Origin: a virus
Taxonomy: Duplodnaviria; Caudoviricetes
DNA: 58,198 nt
Reading direction: 5' to 3' (one strand)
Virus record (IMG/VR): IMGVR_UViG_3300020215_000057
Span: 1-58,198 of that record
A model generated the notes under the pieces. It did not search any database. It saw only the letters and a program-made list of their open reading frames with translations, and was not told the DNA's origin. Positions 36,247 through 44,980 of the stretch are shown in pieces (positions within the stretch are counted from its first letter, which is position 1; the number at the start of each line of letters is the position of its first letter). A program made the translations under genes and the position numbers.

Positions 36247-37250
36247 GTGGATTTTTAGGGATGAGAAAATTTGGCTCGCTCATCGACGAGCGCACAAAGC
36301 AGCGAGGGAAGAATCAAGAGGACCTGATCCCCTTTGGCGTGAACTATCTCGACGACGCCCTTGAGGGGATATTGAAAAACGACCTGGTGCTTATCACCGC
36401 GCCGAGCGGAGTGGGGAAAACGGAGCTCGTTTCGCAAATTGCCCTAAACGCCGCAAGACGCGGAAAGCGCATTTATTTTTTAGCGCTTGAATCCTACCCA
36501 GGCGAGGTCGAAGAGCGGCTCATCTACAAGGCCGCAGTCCAACGGTTTTATGCAGACCCCCAGCGCGCACCGGGTCTTCCGGACTACCTCAAGTGGGCGC
36601 ACGGGAAACAGGAGTCTTTTTTAAGCAAGTACTACCCCGAGGCTGAAAAAGAAATCAGGGCCTTTAGGGACCTCATCGATATTCGGGACGGAGGAGAGCC
36701 CTTTGGCCTCGAGGATTTTACAAAAGTCTTTGTTCAGGCGGCCAGAGCCGACGGCGCTCAGCTTGTGATCCTCGATCACCTTCACTACATGGACCACGGG
36801 GACGAGGACGATAACCGTGGCTACAAAAAAGCGCTGATGAAAATGCAGGAGCTTATCAAAGACCACGGCGTTCCGGTGATCCTGGTGGCTCACATCAGAA
36901 AGCGGGACCGGAAGGCGAAGGTGGTTGCTCCTGGCATGGAGGACATCCATGGCTCGAGCGATATTTTCAAAATGGTTACGAAAATGATTTCCATCGCAAA
37001 AGCGCCGGCCGAGCACGGGGGAAAGACCCGGTGGCCAACCTATATGCGAACGGCGAAGTGTCGGTATGGGGGCGCGAGAGACCAGTATGTGGGCATTTGT
37101 GTGTTCGACGTGACGACGAATTCCTATGAGACAAGCTATGAGGTCGGGCAATTAAGTTACCTTGAGGACGAGGTGGAAATCCTTGCGCCCACAGAGCGCC
37201 CCCACTGGTACAGAAGCGAGCGCTCACGGGCGCTTGAGAGGGGGGAATAA
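36243..37250 (+). CDS. DnaB-like (SF4) helicase
   Basis: APSGVGKT, ALE, ILDHLH, VAH.RK, DIHGSSDI, KCRYG. Confidence 0.88.
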   Translation: MSGFLGMRKFGSLIDERTKQRGKNQEDLIPFGVNYLDDALEGILKNDLVLITAPSGVGKTELVSQIALNAARRGKRIYFLALESYPGEVEERLIYKAAVQRFYADPQRAPGLPDYLKWAHGKQESFLSKYYPEAEKEIRAFRDLIDIRDGGEPFGLEDFTKVFVQAARADGAQLVILDHLHYMDHGDEDDNRGYKKALMKMQELIKDHGVPVILVAHIRKRDRKAKVVAPGMEDIHGSSDIFKMVTKMISIAKAPAEHGGKTRWPTYMRTAKCRYGGARDQYVGICVFDVTTNSYETSYEVGQLSYLEDEVEILAPTERPHWYRSERSRALERGE

Positions 37251-37567
37251 TGGGTCAGTATCAAGAGGTAATTCTTTGCCCGCGCTGTCAGACAAGCTCA
37301 AACAAACGGCACCCCGGCGGGGCGGTGTGTGAAAACGGGCATCTTTGGGCCGTAGACTTTGGCGAGGGGCGAATCCTTAAGCGCTTCGTGCGGTCCATAG
37401 CCGGGCCGATTACGGAGTTTGTTATGCCCATCGGAAAATATCGGGGGCAAAAACTCTCAAACGTCCCCGTGGAGTACTTAACCTGGGCCGAAAAGAACTT
37501 TGAGCCCGGCAATCTTAAAACGCGAATCAGGGAATTTTTAATCACTAACGGGGGGATCAAGGAATGA
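37250..37567 (+). CDS. Zn-ribbon + MPIGKYRG (DUF3820-like) protein
   Basis: CPRC..CENGH; MPIGKYRGQKL..VP.EYLTW. Confidence 0.7.
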   Translation: MGQYQEVILCPRCQTSSNKRHPGGAVCENGHLWAVDFGEGRILKRFVRSIAGPITEFVMPIGKYRGQKLSNVPVEYLTWAEKNFEPGNLKTRIREFLITNGGIKE

Positions 37568-37845
37568 CACCAGAAGCATTTTTACGAAAAGGCAAACTCG
37601 CAGCCTGGGCAAAGGCGCCGCCCACCCGCTCGCGCTACGACCAGCAGAACGACCTGCACTTTAACGAAATCCTTTCGATCAGTGGAAGAGTGATCGAACG
37701 CCGAGTGACGCGGCTTAAGGGTGTAGCGGTCGACGACACGCACTATTCGGGCATCATGGTCCAGTCGTTTGGGCGCCTGCATAAGCCAAAGATCAGCAAG
37801 TTCATCAACCACAAGTACATGGGGCGTGAGGAGTGGCCGGCATGA
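37564..37845 (+). CDS. Hypothetical protein
   Basis: Coupled ORF. Confidence 0.6.
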   Translation: MTPEAFLRKGKLAAWAKAPPTRSRYDQQNDLHFNEILSISGRVIERRVTRLKGVAVDDTHYSGIMVQSFGRLHKPKISKFINHKYMGREEWPA

Positions 37846-38264
37846 AACTCTTATTCGAGTGCGAACTACCTGGACGTGTGGGCATCAAGAAAAACTCCAA
37901 GCGACTTGCCCAAGTTAGAGGCAGGCCTATGATGTTCTCTTCAAAACAATATTTGGCGTGGCGGAGGTCGGCGCTAATTCACTTAAAACAAATAAAAACG
38001 CGCCGCCTTTTGACGATCTCCTGCCCACTTATGGCTGAGTATAGCTTTCACTTTAAAGACCGCAGAAGCGAATCTGATGTGTCGAACTGTATTGAGGGTC
38101 CAGCCGATCTTTTGCAAGAGGCCTCTATTATTGAAAACGACAAACAGATTGTGTCGCTTTCGGCGCGCAAGGTTTTTGACGGCACTGAGAAAACGGTAAT
38201 CAAACTTTATGAACTCGCCGCGCTCGATGGCGGGCGCCGGGGTGTAAAAAGGGAGGGCGAGTGA
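37842..38264 (+). CDS. RusA-like Holliday junction resolvase
   Basis: KKNS, D.SN....DLLQ....ENDKQI. Confidence 0.75.
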   Translation: MKLLFECELPGRVGIKKNSKRLAQVRGRPMMFSSKQYLAWRRSALIHLKQIKTRRLLTISCPLMAEYSFHFKDRRSESDVSNCIEGPADLLQEASIIENDKQIVSLSARKVFDGTEKTVIKLYELAALDGGRRGVKREGE

Positions 38265-38623
38265 AAACGCCACTTATGAAGCTAAAAAAGCGAGACATTC
38301 AATGGGCCGTTGATCGAAATAAGGAACGCATTCAACTTTATTCTCGGCTAGCGCTGAAGTTTTTAACTGACCCAGAGAAGAAAGAGCGCAAGCTGGCGCA
38401 GTATTGCGTGTGCTGTTTTTATAGGGAATCGACACTGGCGGGCCAGGCGTTCACAGAAAACCAATGTGGCGTCTGTGAAGTTGAAATGCAGTGGTCATCA
38501 ACACATCAAGAGAAGCTTTGTTTGTCGTGCGCCCAGACGCTCGGGCTTTGTCGCGAATGCACATCAACGATTGATCTAAAAGAGCCAAGGAAATTTAAAA
38601 CAGAGGAAATTAGTTTAACATAA
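38261..38623 (+). CDS. Cys-rich Zn-binding protein
   Basis: Four CxxC motifs. Confidence 0.7.
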   Translation: MKTPLMKLKKRDIQWAVDRNKERIQLYSRLALKFLTDPEKKERKLAQYCVCCFYRESTLAGQAFTENQCGVCEVEMQWSSTHQEKLCLSCAQTLGLCRECTSTIDLKEPRKFKTEEISLT

Positions 38624-38664
38624 ACCCGCCGTCCCCCGTGGACTGGCAAACGAAGGAGATGAGG

Positions 38665-39126
38665 ATGGATCGCAACCCGCGAAGAGCGCTAAGACCTGAT
38701 GCGCAGGCTTTCGATGAGGTTCGTTTAATAACAGTGCCTCGATACAAAGAAAGCGAATTGAGCGGAGATGAGTGGCGTATAAGCGTAAAAGCACAGTACT
38801 TAAGAAAGGGCCGCGTGCTCTATGAGGAAAGTATTGCTCATAACATGGAAGGCGCCGCAAGTTATCTAGGCTACAAATACGTGTTGGCTGGCGAGAAGGT
38901 TGGATATTATGGTGGGGAAGAAAATTTCTGTGACCAAGAGGGCTGCTCTCAGCGGGCCACAACAACATATCAACTAAAAAAGAATTACTGCCGGTCTGGA
39001 CATGAGAGCGATCCGTATGGTGTTGAGGTGCGAATGTTTTGCGACAAACACAATCAGCGAGGTAATTGTGGCCTTGAGGATGCAGACAGTAACTATATTA
39101 AATTGGATATTGGAAAAGTTAATTAA
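38665..39126 (+). CDS. Hypothetical protein with Cys/His cluster
   Basis: GGAG RBS; PRYK.SELSGDEWR; CDQEGC, FCDKH..RG.C. Confidence 0.7.
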   Translation: MDRNPRRALRPDAQAFDEVRLITVPRYKESELSGDEWRISVKAQYLRKGRVLYEESIAHNMEGAASYLGYKYVLAGEKVGYYGGEENFCDQEGCSQRATTTYQLKKNYCRSGHESDPYGVEVRMFCDKHNQRGNCGLEDADSNYIKLDIGKVN

Positions 39127-39189
39127 CCTTCCCCGCGCCAGGCAACACACGAGCTAATCCCGCTTGGCGTTGGGGATTTACTAGAGAGG

Positions 39190-39462
39190 ATGAGTATGGA
39201 TAAGGAAATTATAACGCTGCTCATAGAAAACGGCGTTGTGATGGCGGCAATCATTGTTGTCGCGATTGTATTTTTAGCGATCTGCCTTGGCATTGGCGTG
39301 GCGTATTTCGCAAAGCGCACAGAGGATGGGTCTTTTGCGCTCGCAAAACACAGCGCGAAACTTCAAGCCAAGCGAAACGAATACCAATTAAACGAAACAC
39401 TTCAGCTAAAGGGCGCTCAATCAATTGAGGTGCCGTGGAAGGATTCAAGTGGCAACTCTTAA
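39190..39462 (+). CDS. Single-TM protein
   Basis: Long hydrophobic segment; GAGG RBS. Confidence 0.7.
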   Translation: MSMDKEIITLLIENGVVMAAIIVVAIVFLAICLGIGVAYFAKRTEDGSFALAKHSAKLQAKRNEYQLNETLQLKGAQSIEVPWKDSSGNS

Positions 39463-39688
39463 ATCCCGCATCAACGCCGCCATCAAGGACTGGCCGGAAG
39501 ATCCGAAGAGCAAGCATAAATTGAACGCTGGCCAGAGGCGCGAGGCTATTAAAATGATTTGCACGAAGATTATTAACGAGGCGCTTTTAGGAATATCGCC
39601 GACGCTGGATCTTATTCAGATGTATGCGAAGGAGTTAAATTACAAGCGCTTTGGGAAGAGCGCCAAGCGCCGGGGGGAAAAGCGATGA
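39449..39688 (+). CDS. Basic hypothetical protein
   Basis: AAGGA RBS, GTG start inferred. Confidence 0.55.
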   Translation: MATLKSRINAAIKDWPEDPKSKHKLNAGQRREAIKMICTKIINEALLGISPTLDLIQMYAKELNYKRFGKSAKRRGEKR

Positions 39689-40017
39689 GCGAATATAAGC
39701 AGGGTGATATTGTGAGGTCGTGTGGCGCGAAGATGGTAATCGTTGCCGATCATCCGGTAAACAAAGGTGGGTATTATGGGCTCTATTTACCAAATGATAA
39801 ACTGACGGTTAATCAAAAGCTTTCCGTTCAATTCATTCATCCCGACGATATTGATGGCCCCTGGCGCGAGCCTTTGCGGGCGGAGTTTGAAACCGAATGG
39901 AGTGAAGCGGTTCTTGATAGCGGCGCTAGAATTATTATGCCCGGATCCTCAGGGCCAGGGGGGCTTTATCAATTCGTTGGCAAACGAACCCGCGTAACAG
40001 TGGAAGAAATTTTATGA
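39685..40017 (+). CDS. Hypothetical protein; 3' end lies within the 96-bp repeat
   Basis: Coupled ORF. Confidence 0.7.
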   Translation: MSEYKQGDIVRSCGAKMVIVADHPVNKGGYYGLYLPNDKLTVNQKLSVQFIHPDDIDGPWREPLRAEFETEWSEAVLDSGARIIMPGSSGPGGLYQFVGKRTRVTVEEIL

Positions 40018-40030
40018 CCGACCTAGAAGA
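39935..40030 (+). repeat. Exact 96-bp direct repeat, copy 2
   Basis: Identical to 8..103. Confidence 0.95.
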
Positions 40031-40286
40031 GCTATTGAAATCGGCGAGCAAGGATAAAAAGGGCGAGGCCGCAGCGCTTTTGCTTGAACAGTTTAACTTT
40101 TGGAACAATGAAAACAAAATGCTCATCGGTGGCGACATAGACATGGCCATTCTCTACGCCATGCGTGCGCGCGACAATGAGCTCGAAACCTACCACGAGC
40201 TTAAGGGCACCGTGGGGGACTCGGGCGAACAGCTTCAAGATATGAATCATGAGATTAGAAAGATACTGGAGACGTCCGATGAGTGA
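40014..40286 (+). CDS. Hypothetical protein, homolog of 87..359
   Basis: Direct sequence comparison. Confidence 0.85.
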   Translation: MTDLEELLKSASKDKKGEAAALLLEQFNFWNNENKMLIGGDIDMAILYAMRARDNELETYHELKGTVGDSGEQLQDMNHEIRKILETSDE

Positions 40287-40527
40287 GCACGATATTGCTG
40301 TTTTAGTGGATGAGGTTAAGCGCCTTCGGGCTCGCATTTCTGAGCTTGAGGTAGGCATTGATAACGGCTACAAGTGCGCGCAGATAGTCCGCGAGCAAAC
40401 GGCGCTGCTGCGCGAAGCGATTACGATGATTGAAAAATACCGCATGGGGTTTGCGCCAGAGTACGAAATGTCTATCGCCTTTACAGAGCACGTTACCGCC
40501 GCCCTCGGCTCGCGGGATGGTGTGTGA
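40279..40527 (+). CDS. Fusion equivalent of the 352..555 N-terminus and 653..1180 C-terminus
   Basis: MSEHDIAVLVDE + LLREAI.MIEKYRMGFAPEYEMSIAFTEH. Confidence 0.8.
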   Translation: MSEHDIAVLVDEVKRLRARISELEVGIDNGYKCAQIVREQTALLREAITMIEKYRMGFAPEYEMSIAFTEHVTAALGSRDGV

Positions 40528-40763
40528 TGTCTAAATTTGGTCAAGGATATATTTGCGCGTGTACAACCCTCGCGCAGTTAGAGGGCGGCACCAACACGAA
40601 TGTTGAAGAGATGCTAGAAGCTGGCGGCTATACGACTATTGGCAAACTTCGAAAGGCTGGAGCCGAGGATTTTGATGTCAAATATTTGAGGGCAGCAATT
40701 AGAAACATAATGCGGCGGCGCTCTTATAAAAAACCAAATCCGACGGGAGGCGCAAGTGACTAG
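40524..40763 (+). CDS. Hypothetical protein
   Basis: Coupled ORF occupying the slot of 1177..1386. Confidence 0.65.
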   Translation: MMSKFGQGYICACTTLAQLEGGTNTNVEEMLEAGGYTTIGKLRKAGAEDFDVKYLRAAIRNIMRRRSYKKPNPTGGASD

Positions 40764-41244
40764 ATGTTGTGTCCCTGGTTGTATGAATTTTTATCATGGA
40801 TATCGGCCGAGCGAATTATGTAATGAGCATGGCGGGGGTTATGGCAATGAGCGGGACCAACAACCCCCCGCGCCGCCGATAACGCCGCTCATGGCTGAGG
40901 TGCTAAACGAGATGGCGAACAGTAATGCAGAGCCGCCGACCGGCCAGAGTGAGGCTGTTGCTCGCCCTATTTACGACGAGCTTGTAGCTCGCGCCGACCG
41001 CCTTGAGCTTCGCGTGAAGGAACTGGACCAATACCTTGATGCTCAATGCCGCATAGGAATGGAATATAAAGACAAAATCGCGGCGCTTTCGGACGACAAT
41101 GAAAAGCTGCGTTCCGCCATTGAGCGCGTTGAGGCAAGAGTAAAATTCTGGCTAAGTTTGTCGGCCATGTCCATTTCCTCGCAGGGGTACGCATTTGCGA
41201 AGGACATTAATAAAGCCCTCGGGCGCGCAACGGAGGAGACATGA
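40756..41244 (+). CDS. Mosaic coiled-coil protein, homolog of 1379..2071
   Basis: Shared anchor peptides; GGGAGG RBS. Confidence 0.8.
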   Translation: MTRCCVPGCMNFYHGYRPSELCNEHGGGYGNERDQQPPAPPITPLMAEVLNEMANSNAEPPTGQSEAVARPIYDELVARADRLELRVKELDQYLDAQCRIGMEYKDKIAALSDDNEKLRSAIERVEARVKFWLSLSAMSISSQGYAFAKDINKALGRATEET

Positions 41245-41477
41245 AAGTATTTATTTTAAGGTGGACGCTTGGACTGTTTTTTCACTTACTCAATAAAACC
41301 ATGCCGAAATGTCGGTGTTGTAAATATTTTTGTGACCCGGGAATATACCGCTGGGATGGAAATTATTATTGCATGATGTGTGGGGCGGGCGACAAACAGC
41401 CACTTGGCTTTATTAAAAAGCTGTGGCTCACGATAACATTCGAGCATAAGCGCTGGAAATGGACGAGGCTCACATGA
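41241..41477 (+). CDS. Cys-rich hypothetical protein
   Basis: GGAGG RBS; CRCC, CMMC. Confidence 0.65.
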   Translation: MKVFILRWTLGLFFHLLNKTMPKCRCCKYFCDPGIYRWDGNYYCMMCGAGDKQPLGFIKKLWLTITFEHKRWKWTRLT

Positions 41478-41791
41478 CCACCCCTGAGCGCCCGGCGAGG
41501 GAGTTTTGGATAGATCTTGCAATGGCCCATGGCGACCCCTATGACTTTGTTAGCGAGGGCGAACCTCATGATCATCCGAGCTCAACCAATATCCATGTAA
41601 TAGAATATGAGCCCGTCATGCGCTTGCTTGAGAAGGCGCTGGAGGTATTGGATGATGCAAAGAAAAAGCTCGAGGTTTATTATGATCAGACGAGCGGCGA
41701 ATACGCGGGCGGCCCAGAGAGCAGTAGGTTGATTTCGCAAATCCGCGCCACGGCGGAACGGCTGAGGAAATTTATGGGAGGCCAGAAGTGA
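41474..41791 (+). CDS. Fusion equivalent of the 2478..2723 N-terminus and 2720..3007
   Basis: PERPAREFW + EPVMRLLE. Confidence 0.75.
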   Translation: MTTPERPAREFWIDLAMAHGDPYDFVSEGEPHDHPSSTNIHVIEYEPVMRLLEKALEVLDDAKKKLEVYYDQTSGEYAGGPESSRLISQIRATAERLRKFMGGQK

Positions 41792-42018
41792 TTTATCCGA
41801 ACGCGGGCGCCGAAGAATGGGCCGAAAAACACAGTCTTCCTATTGTGGATTATCTTTGTCCGAAGTGTCGGGAAACTTTTAAAACGGATATTCCTTTTAT
41901 CATGAAGGACCTTGTGGGCCTTGAATCTAGAAAACACGAGTGCGGTCCAAACTACATGACAGCGGTAATGAGGCCAAGGAGTACTGAAGATATAAAATGG
42001 TTTGATAAATTAATTTAA
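41788..42018 (+). CDS. Small Zn-ribbon protein
   Basis: GGGAGG RBS; CPKC..HEC. Confidence 0.65.
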   Translation: MIYPNAGAEEWAEKHSLPIVDYLCPKCRETFKTDIPFIMKDLVGLESRKHECGPNYMTAVMRPRSTEDIKWFDKLI

Positions 42019-42020
42019 AC

Positions 42021-42200
42021 CCGCGTCGTCTGCGGCGTGGAAAGCTGTGGTAGCGGATTGATCGGCCAACGTAGCTTGATCATGACTGAAATAGGTTCGC
42101 CACTGGAGACACGCAGAGTTTGGCTATAGCGTGCATGCGAAAGCCATCTTGAACGTTGCAACAAATAGCCGTTCAGCCAGAGTCGCGACTGGCCATGCGG
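42021..42200 (+). ncRNA. tRNA-like structured ncRNA, copy in phage B
   Basis: CCGCGT/ATGCGG closing stem; GCGTG..GGAGA-CACGC; GGCTAT/ATAGCC; GCCAG-AGTCGCG-A-CTGGC. Confidence 0.7.
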
Positions 42201-42212
42201 TGATAGGGTTTT

Positions 42213-42276
42213 CCCGCAAGGGTTGGTTCTAGAAACGGTGCGACCGGTCCGGAGCCAGCCCGAGCGGGGTTTTTAT
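42213..42276 (+). terminator. Long stem + T-tract, homolog of 3090..3181
   Basis: CCCGCAAGGGTTGGTT..GCCAGCCCGAGCGGGG-TTTTT. Confidence 0.55.
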
Positions 42277-42336
42277 CCGCCAAGGTGAGAGTGGCGGAAA
42301 TAGCGTATGTACGCTAAAGTGTACATGGAGGTTTCG

Positions 42337-42444
42337 ATGGACACATGCTGGTTCTGCAAGCGCCCCTTGAATGAGTGCGAGTGCCCGAAGGTGGCGAAAA
42401 CGAATTATGCGCGAACGCTGTCACACAAAAGAAAACAAGTCTAG
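42337..42444 (+). CDS. Tiny Cys-rich peptide, homolog of 3238..3339
   Basis: GGAGG RBS; first 25 aa identical. Confidence 0.7.
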   Translation: MDTCWFCKRPLNECECPKVAKTNYARTLSHKRKQV

Positions 42445-42447
42445 TTC

Positions 42448-42467
42448 TGCTTACTAATTACTTAGCA
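42448..42467. promoter_or_regulatory. 20-bp palindromic operator, copy 1
   Basis: TGCTTACTAATTACTTAGCA. Confidence 0.7.
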
Positions 42468-42486
42468 GTATGATGAAATTTAGGGA

Positions 42487-43194
42487 GTGAAGAAAAACTC
42501 TCGAGTACTAGTTATTGGCGATCTCCACTTCCCTTTCTGCCACCCCGATACAATGGCATTCCTGAAGGCTATTAAACGTAAGTATAAGCCCGACAGAGTG
42601 ATTCAAATTGGCGATGAGGTAGATGGTCATGCGTGGAGCTTTCACGATCCTGACCCAGATCTGCACTCACCAGGTGATGAATTAGGTAAGGCTAAGGCGT
42701 GGATCGATAAGCTTTATAAGCTATTCCCTGTGATGGATCTCATTGAATCTAATCACGGTTCGCTTTTCTATCGAAAGCAAAAGAAGGCTGGCCTTCCGAA
42801 ACAAATCTTTAAAAGTTATAACGAAATCTACGGCGTTGGCCCAAAGTGGAAATGGCACTATGATCTCACGATCGAGATGTCAAATGGCGCACTCTGCTAC
42901 TTTCATCACGGTAAATCAGCCAGTGTTGTAAAAGCTTCTCAGAGCATGGGAATGTCAATGGTCCAAGGGCACTACCATGAGTCGATGGGCGTCCAGTACT
43001 GGGCAAATAGCTTAGGCCTATACTTCGCAGCACAAACCGGATGCCTTATCGATGACGACGCCTTGGCGTTTGAATATAACGATAACAATCTTAAAAGGCC
43101 CCTAATCGGCTCGCTAATGATTTTAAATGGCGAGGCCCGATCAATCCCTATGGTTCTAAATAAGCGTGGCAGATGGATAGGTAAGCTTGTATGA
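42487..43194 (+). CDS. Calcineurin-like metallophosphoesterase (close homolog of 26291..27001)
   Basis: GDLH, GDEVD, SNH, HHG, GHYH; roughly 80% aa identity by eye. Confidence 0.9.
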   Translation: MKKNSRVLVIGDLHFPFCHPDTMAFLKAIKRKYKPDRVIQIGDEVDGHAWSFHDPDPDLHSPGDELGKAKAWIDKLYKLFPVMDLIESNHGSLFYRKQKKAGLPKQIFKSYNEIYGVGPKWKWHYDLTIEMSNGALCYFHHGKSASVVKASQSMGMSMVQGHYHESMGVQYWANSLGLYFAAQTGCLIDDDALAFEYNDNNLKRPLIGSLMILNGEARSIPMVLNKRGRWIGKLV

Positions 43195-43550
43195 GCCCAG
43201 TCCATTACTACTCAGAACTCTATGACTTCGACTACTACTTCTTCCTTGGCTGGGAGCAGCAGGCTTTTATCGATTACGTCAAAAAGCACTTTGATCATGA
43301 GAGTGAATACGATGAGGATGCTAAAGGATCCACCGAGTTCAATAAGGACGCAAAGCCTAAGGCCATCTACGTTTGGATAAAACCAGGTCAGTGCATTCCT
43401 GCGGTCCTTGTTCATGAAGTGAAACATGTGGTGAGTGAAACCCATAAGTGGGTGGGCATCAAAGCTTGCCATAAGAATGATGAGGCTGAGGCGTACCTCA
43501 GCGAGCACCTTTACCGCAAAGCTCTGGGTATTGAGCCCGATCGGTCGTGA
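43191..43550 (+). CDS. HExxH zinc metallopeptidase-like protein
   Basis: LVHEVKH...EAEAYL. Confidence 0.7.
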   Translation: MSPVHYYSELYDFDYYFFLGWEQQAFIDYVKKHFDHESEYDEDAKGSTEFNKDAKPKAIYVWIKPGQCIPAVLVHEVKHVVSETHKWVGIKACHKNDEAEAYLSEHLYRKALGIEPDRS

Positions 43551-43553
43551 TCG

Positions 43554-43766
43554 ATGGATTATTCCGACTTTCAAAAGAAATTACTTAAGATCGTAGAGGA
43601 TGAGCTCCTAGATCGCCTCGAAGAGAATGAATCTAAGATCCACTGTGAGGCTGAGATACTAGAGATTGTAGCCGATTTGTATGACGAGGTTATCGCTCTC
43701 TCTGAGGATATCCGGGCTGGCGATGTAGGGCTTGATCGCCCTTCGCAAGGCGATTCAATTCATTAG
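43554..43766 (+). CDS. Acidic hypothetical protein
   Basis: ORF track. Confidence 0.6.
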   Translation: MDYSDFQKKLLKIVEDELLDRLEENESKIHCEAEILEIVADLYDEVIALSEDIRAGDVGLDRPSQGDSIH

Positions 43767-43990
43767 AAGCGCTTATTTTGTTCGCCTGGAATGAGTACAT
43801 GCTCACAGCCGGTGCGGGCTTTGATCTCTTCATCTAACCATTCATCAAGCCATAATCTTATGTTAGCTGCCACATCAACGCCAAGGCCTTTTGCCATGTC
43901 GATCTTTTGCCTGAGGGCTTTGGTTGGTCTGAGGTTATAGGGCTTACCGTTAAGCGCCTCTTTCATGATTGTCTTGTGTTTCTTTCCCAC
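43763..43990 (-). CDS. Ribbon-helix-helix regulator candidate
   Basis: KPYNLRPTKALRQKID..GVDVAANIRLWLDE; operator directly upstream. Confidence 0.6.
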   Translation of the reverse strand: MGKKHKTIMKEALNGKPYNLRPTKALRQKIDMAKGLGVDVAANIRLWLDEWLDEEIKARTGCEHVLIPGEQNKRF

Positions 43991-44018
43991 TAATCCATCC
44001 TTGATTTATTGGGTTAAT

Positions 44019-44038
44019 TGCTTAGTATATTATAAGCA
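44019..44038. promoter_or_regulatory. 20-bp operator, copy 2 (between divergent RHH and ruvC-like genes)
   Basis: TGCTTAGTATATTATAAGCA. Confidence 0.7.
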
Positions 44039-44052
44039 GACCAAGGAGCGGT

Positions 44053-44556
44053 GTGGTAGTATTAGGAATTGATACTGGTAGCCAAGGTGCTTACGTAGCA
44101 CTTAGCGATCGAGCGAAGATAATCCATAAATTTGTGTTCTCCCATAACGATGAGGGCATCGATTTTAAGGCCTATATCGACGATTTGAAGAGCTTAAAAG
44201 AAACCGCCACCATTGCCTACGTCGAGAGTGTACATGCGATCTACGGGGCTAGTGCTGGCTCTACGTTCACCTTCGGCAGGAACTTTCAGCTTGCTCTCGA
44301 TGGACTGATGGCGGTAGGAATTCCCTTTAAGCTCGTACCTGCGAAGGAGTGGCAGAAGGCTTACTTCGTTGGCGCTGAGAAGGTATTTAAAAAGGGTAGT
44401 GAAACTAAGATTGATACGAAGGCGATGGCTTTAAAGTCAGCGCAAAAGCTTTTTAAGGGTGAGGACTTCATCGCAAAAAGGTCCGTCCATGATGGTTTAG
44501 TCGATGCGACTCTGATCGCACGCTACGGATTGATGAAGGAAAAAACAAAGTCATAG
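44053..44556 (+). CDS. RuvC-like Holliday junction resolvase
   Basis: VLGIDTG..GA; YVE.VH; FTFG; P..WQK; DG..DA.LIA. Confidence 0.85.
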   Translation: MVVLGIDTGSQGAYVALSDRAKIIHKFVFSHNDEGIDFKAYIDDLKSLKETATIAYVESVHAIYGASAGSTFTFGRNFQLALDGLMAVGIPFKLVPAKEWQKAYFVGAEKVFKKGSETKIDTKAMALKSAQKLFKGEDFIAKRSVHDGLVDATLIARYGLMKEKTKS

Positions 44557-44569
44557 GAGGATTTTGATT

Positions 44570-44980
44570 ATGATTAGCCTACAGAACAATGCAGCAGTAA
44601 CACTCGCCACTAACCAAGCCATTGGCGCTGCGTTCGCCGATCTTGGTACGGATCCAATTATCGTCACCGGGAATCTCGATGCGCTTGCGCTCCTAGTGAA
44701 AATCGATAGAAACACTGCGACCGATATTACTTTTCAATTCGTTGGCTCTGATGATGCAGCCTTTACAGATACCTATAAACTCCTAATACAAACACCAAGC
44801 GCCACGAAAGTAAATGTCGAACCTTTGGTGTTTGAGCTCTCAGTCGATGCCGATCAAAACATCCTCCTCCCAGTGTCACTCGATGGCGTTGTTCCTTTCG
44901 GGAAGTGGCAGGTCAAGGCCTCTACTTCTACTGATGCGATAGTTCTGTCAGCTAAAGTCGTCCGCAAACAGGTGTACTAA
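44570..44980 (+). CDS. Beta-rich virion accessory protein
   Basis: AGGAGG RBS; analogous position to 24657..24998. Confidence 0.6.
   Translation: MISLQNNAAVTLATNQAIGAAFADLGTDPIIVTGNLDALALLVKIDRNTATDITFQFVGSDDAAFTDTYKLLIQTPSATKVNVEPLVFELSVDADQNILLPVSLDGVVPFGKWQVKASTSTDAIVLSAKVVRKQVY

Larger units (their letters stand above)
8..39934. mobile_element. Phage A: apparently complete temperate P22-like podovirus genome (39,927 bp unit) with intact attP
   Basis: Full gene set (packaging, head, tail, lysis, immunity, int/xis, replication); bounded by exact 96-bp direct repeat; att site has phage genes on both sides. Confidence 0.85.
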
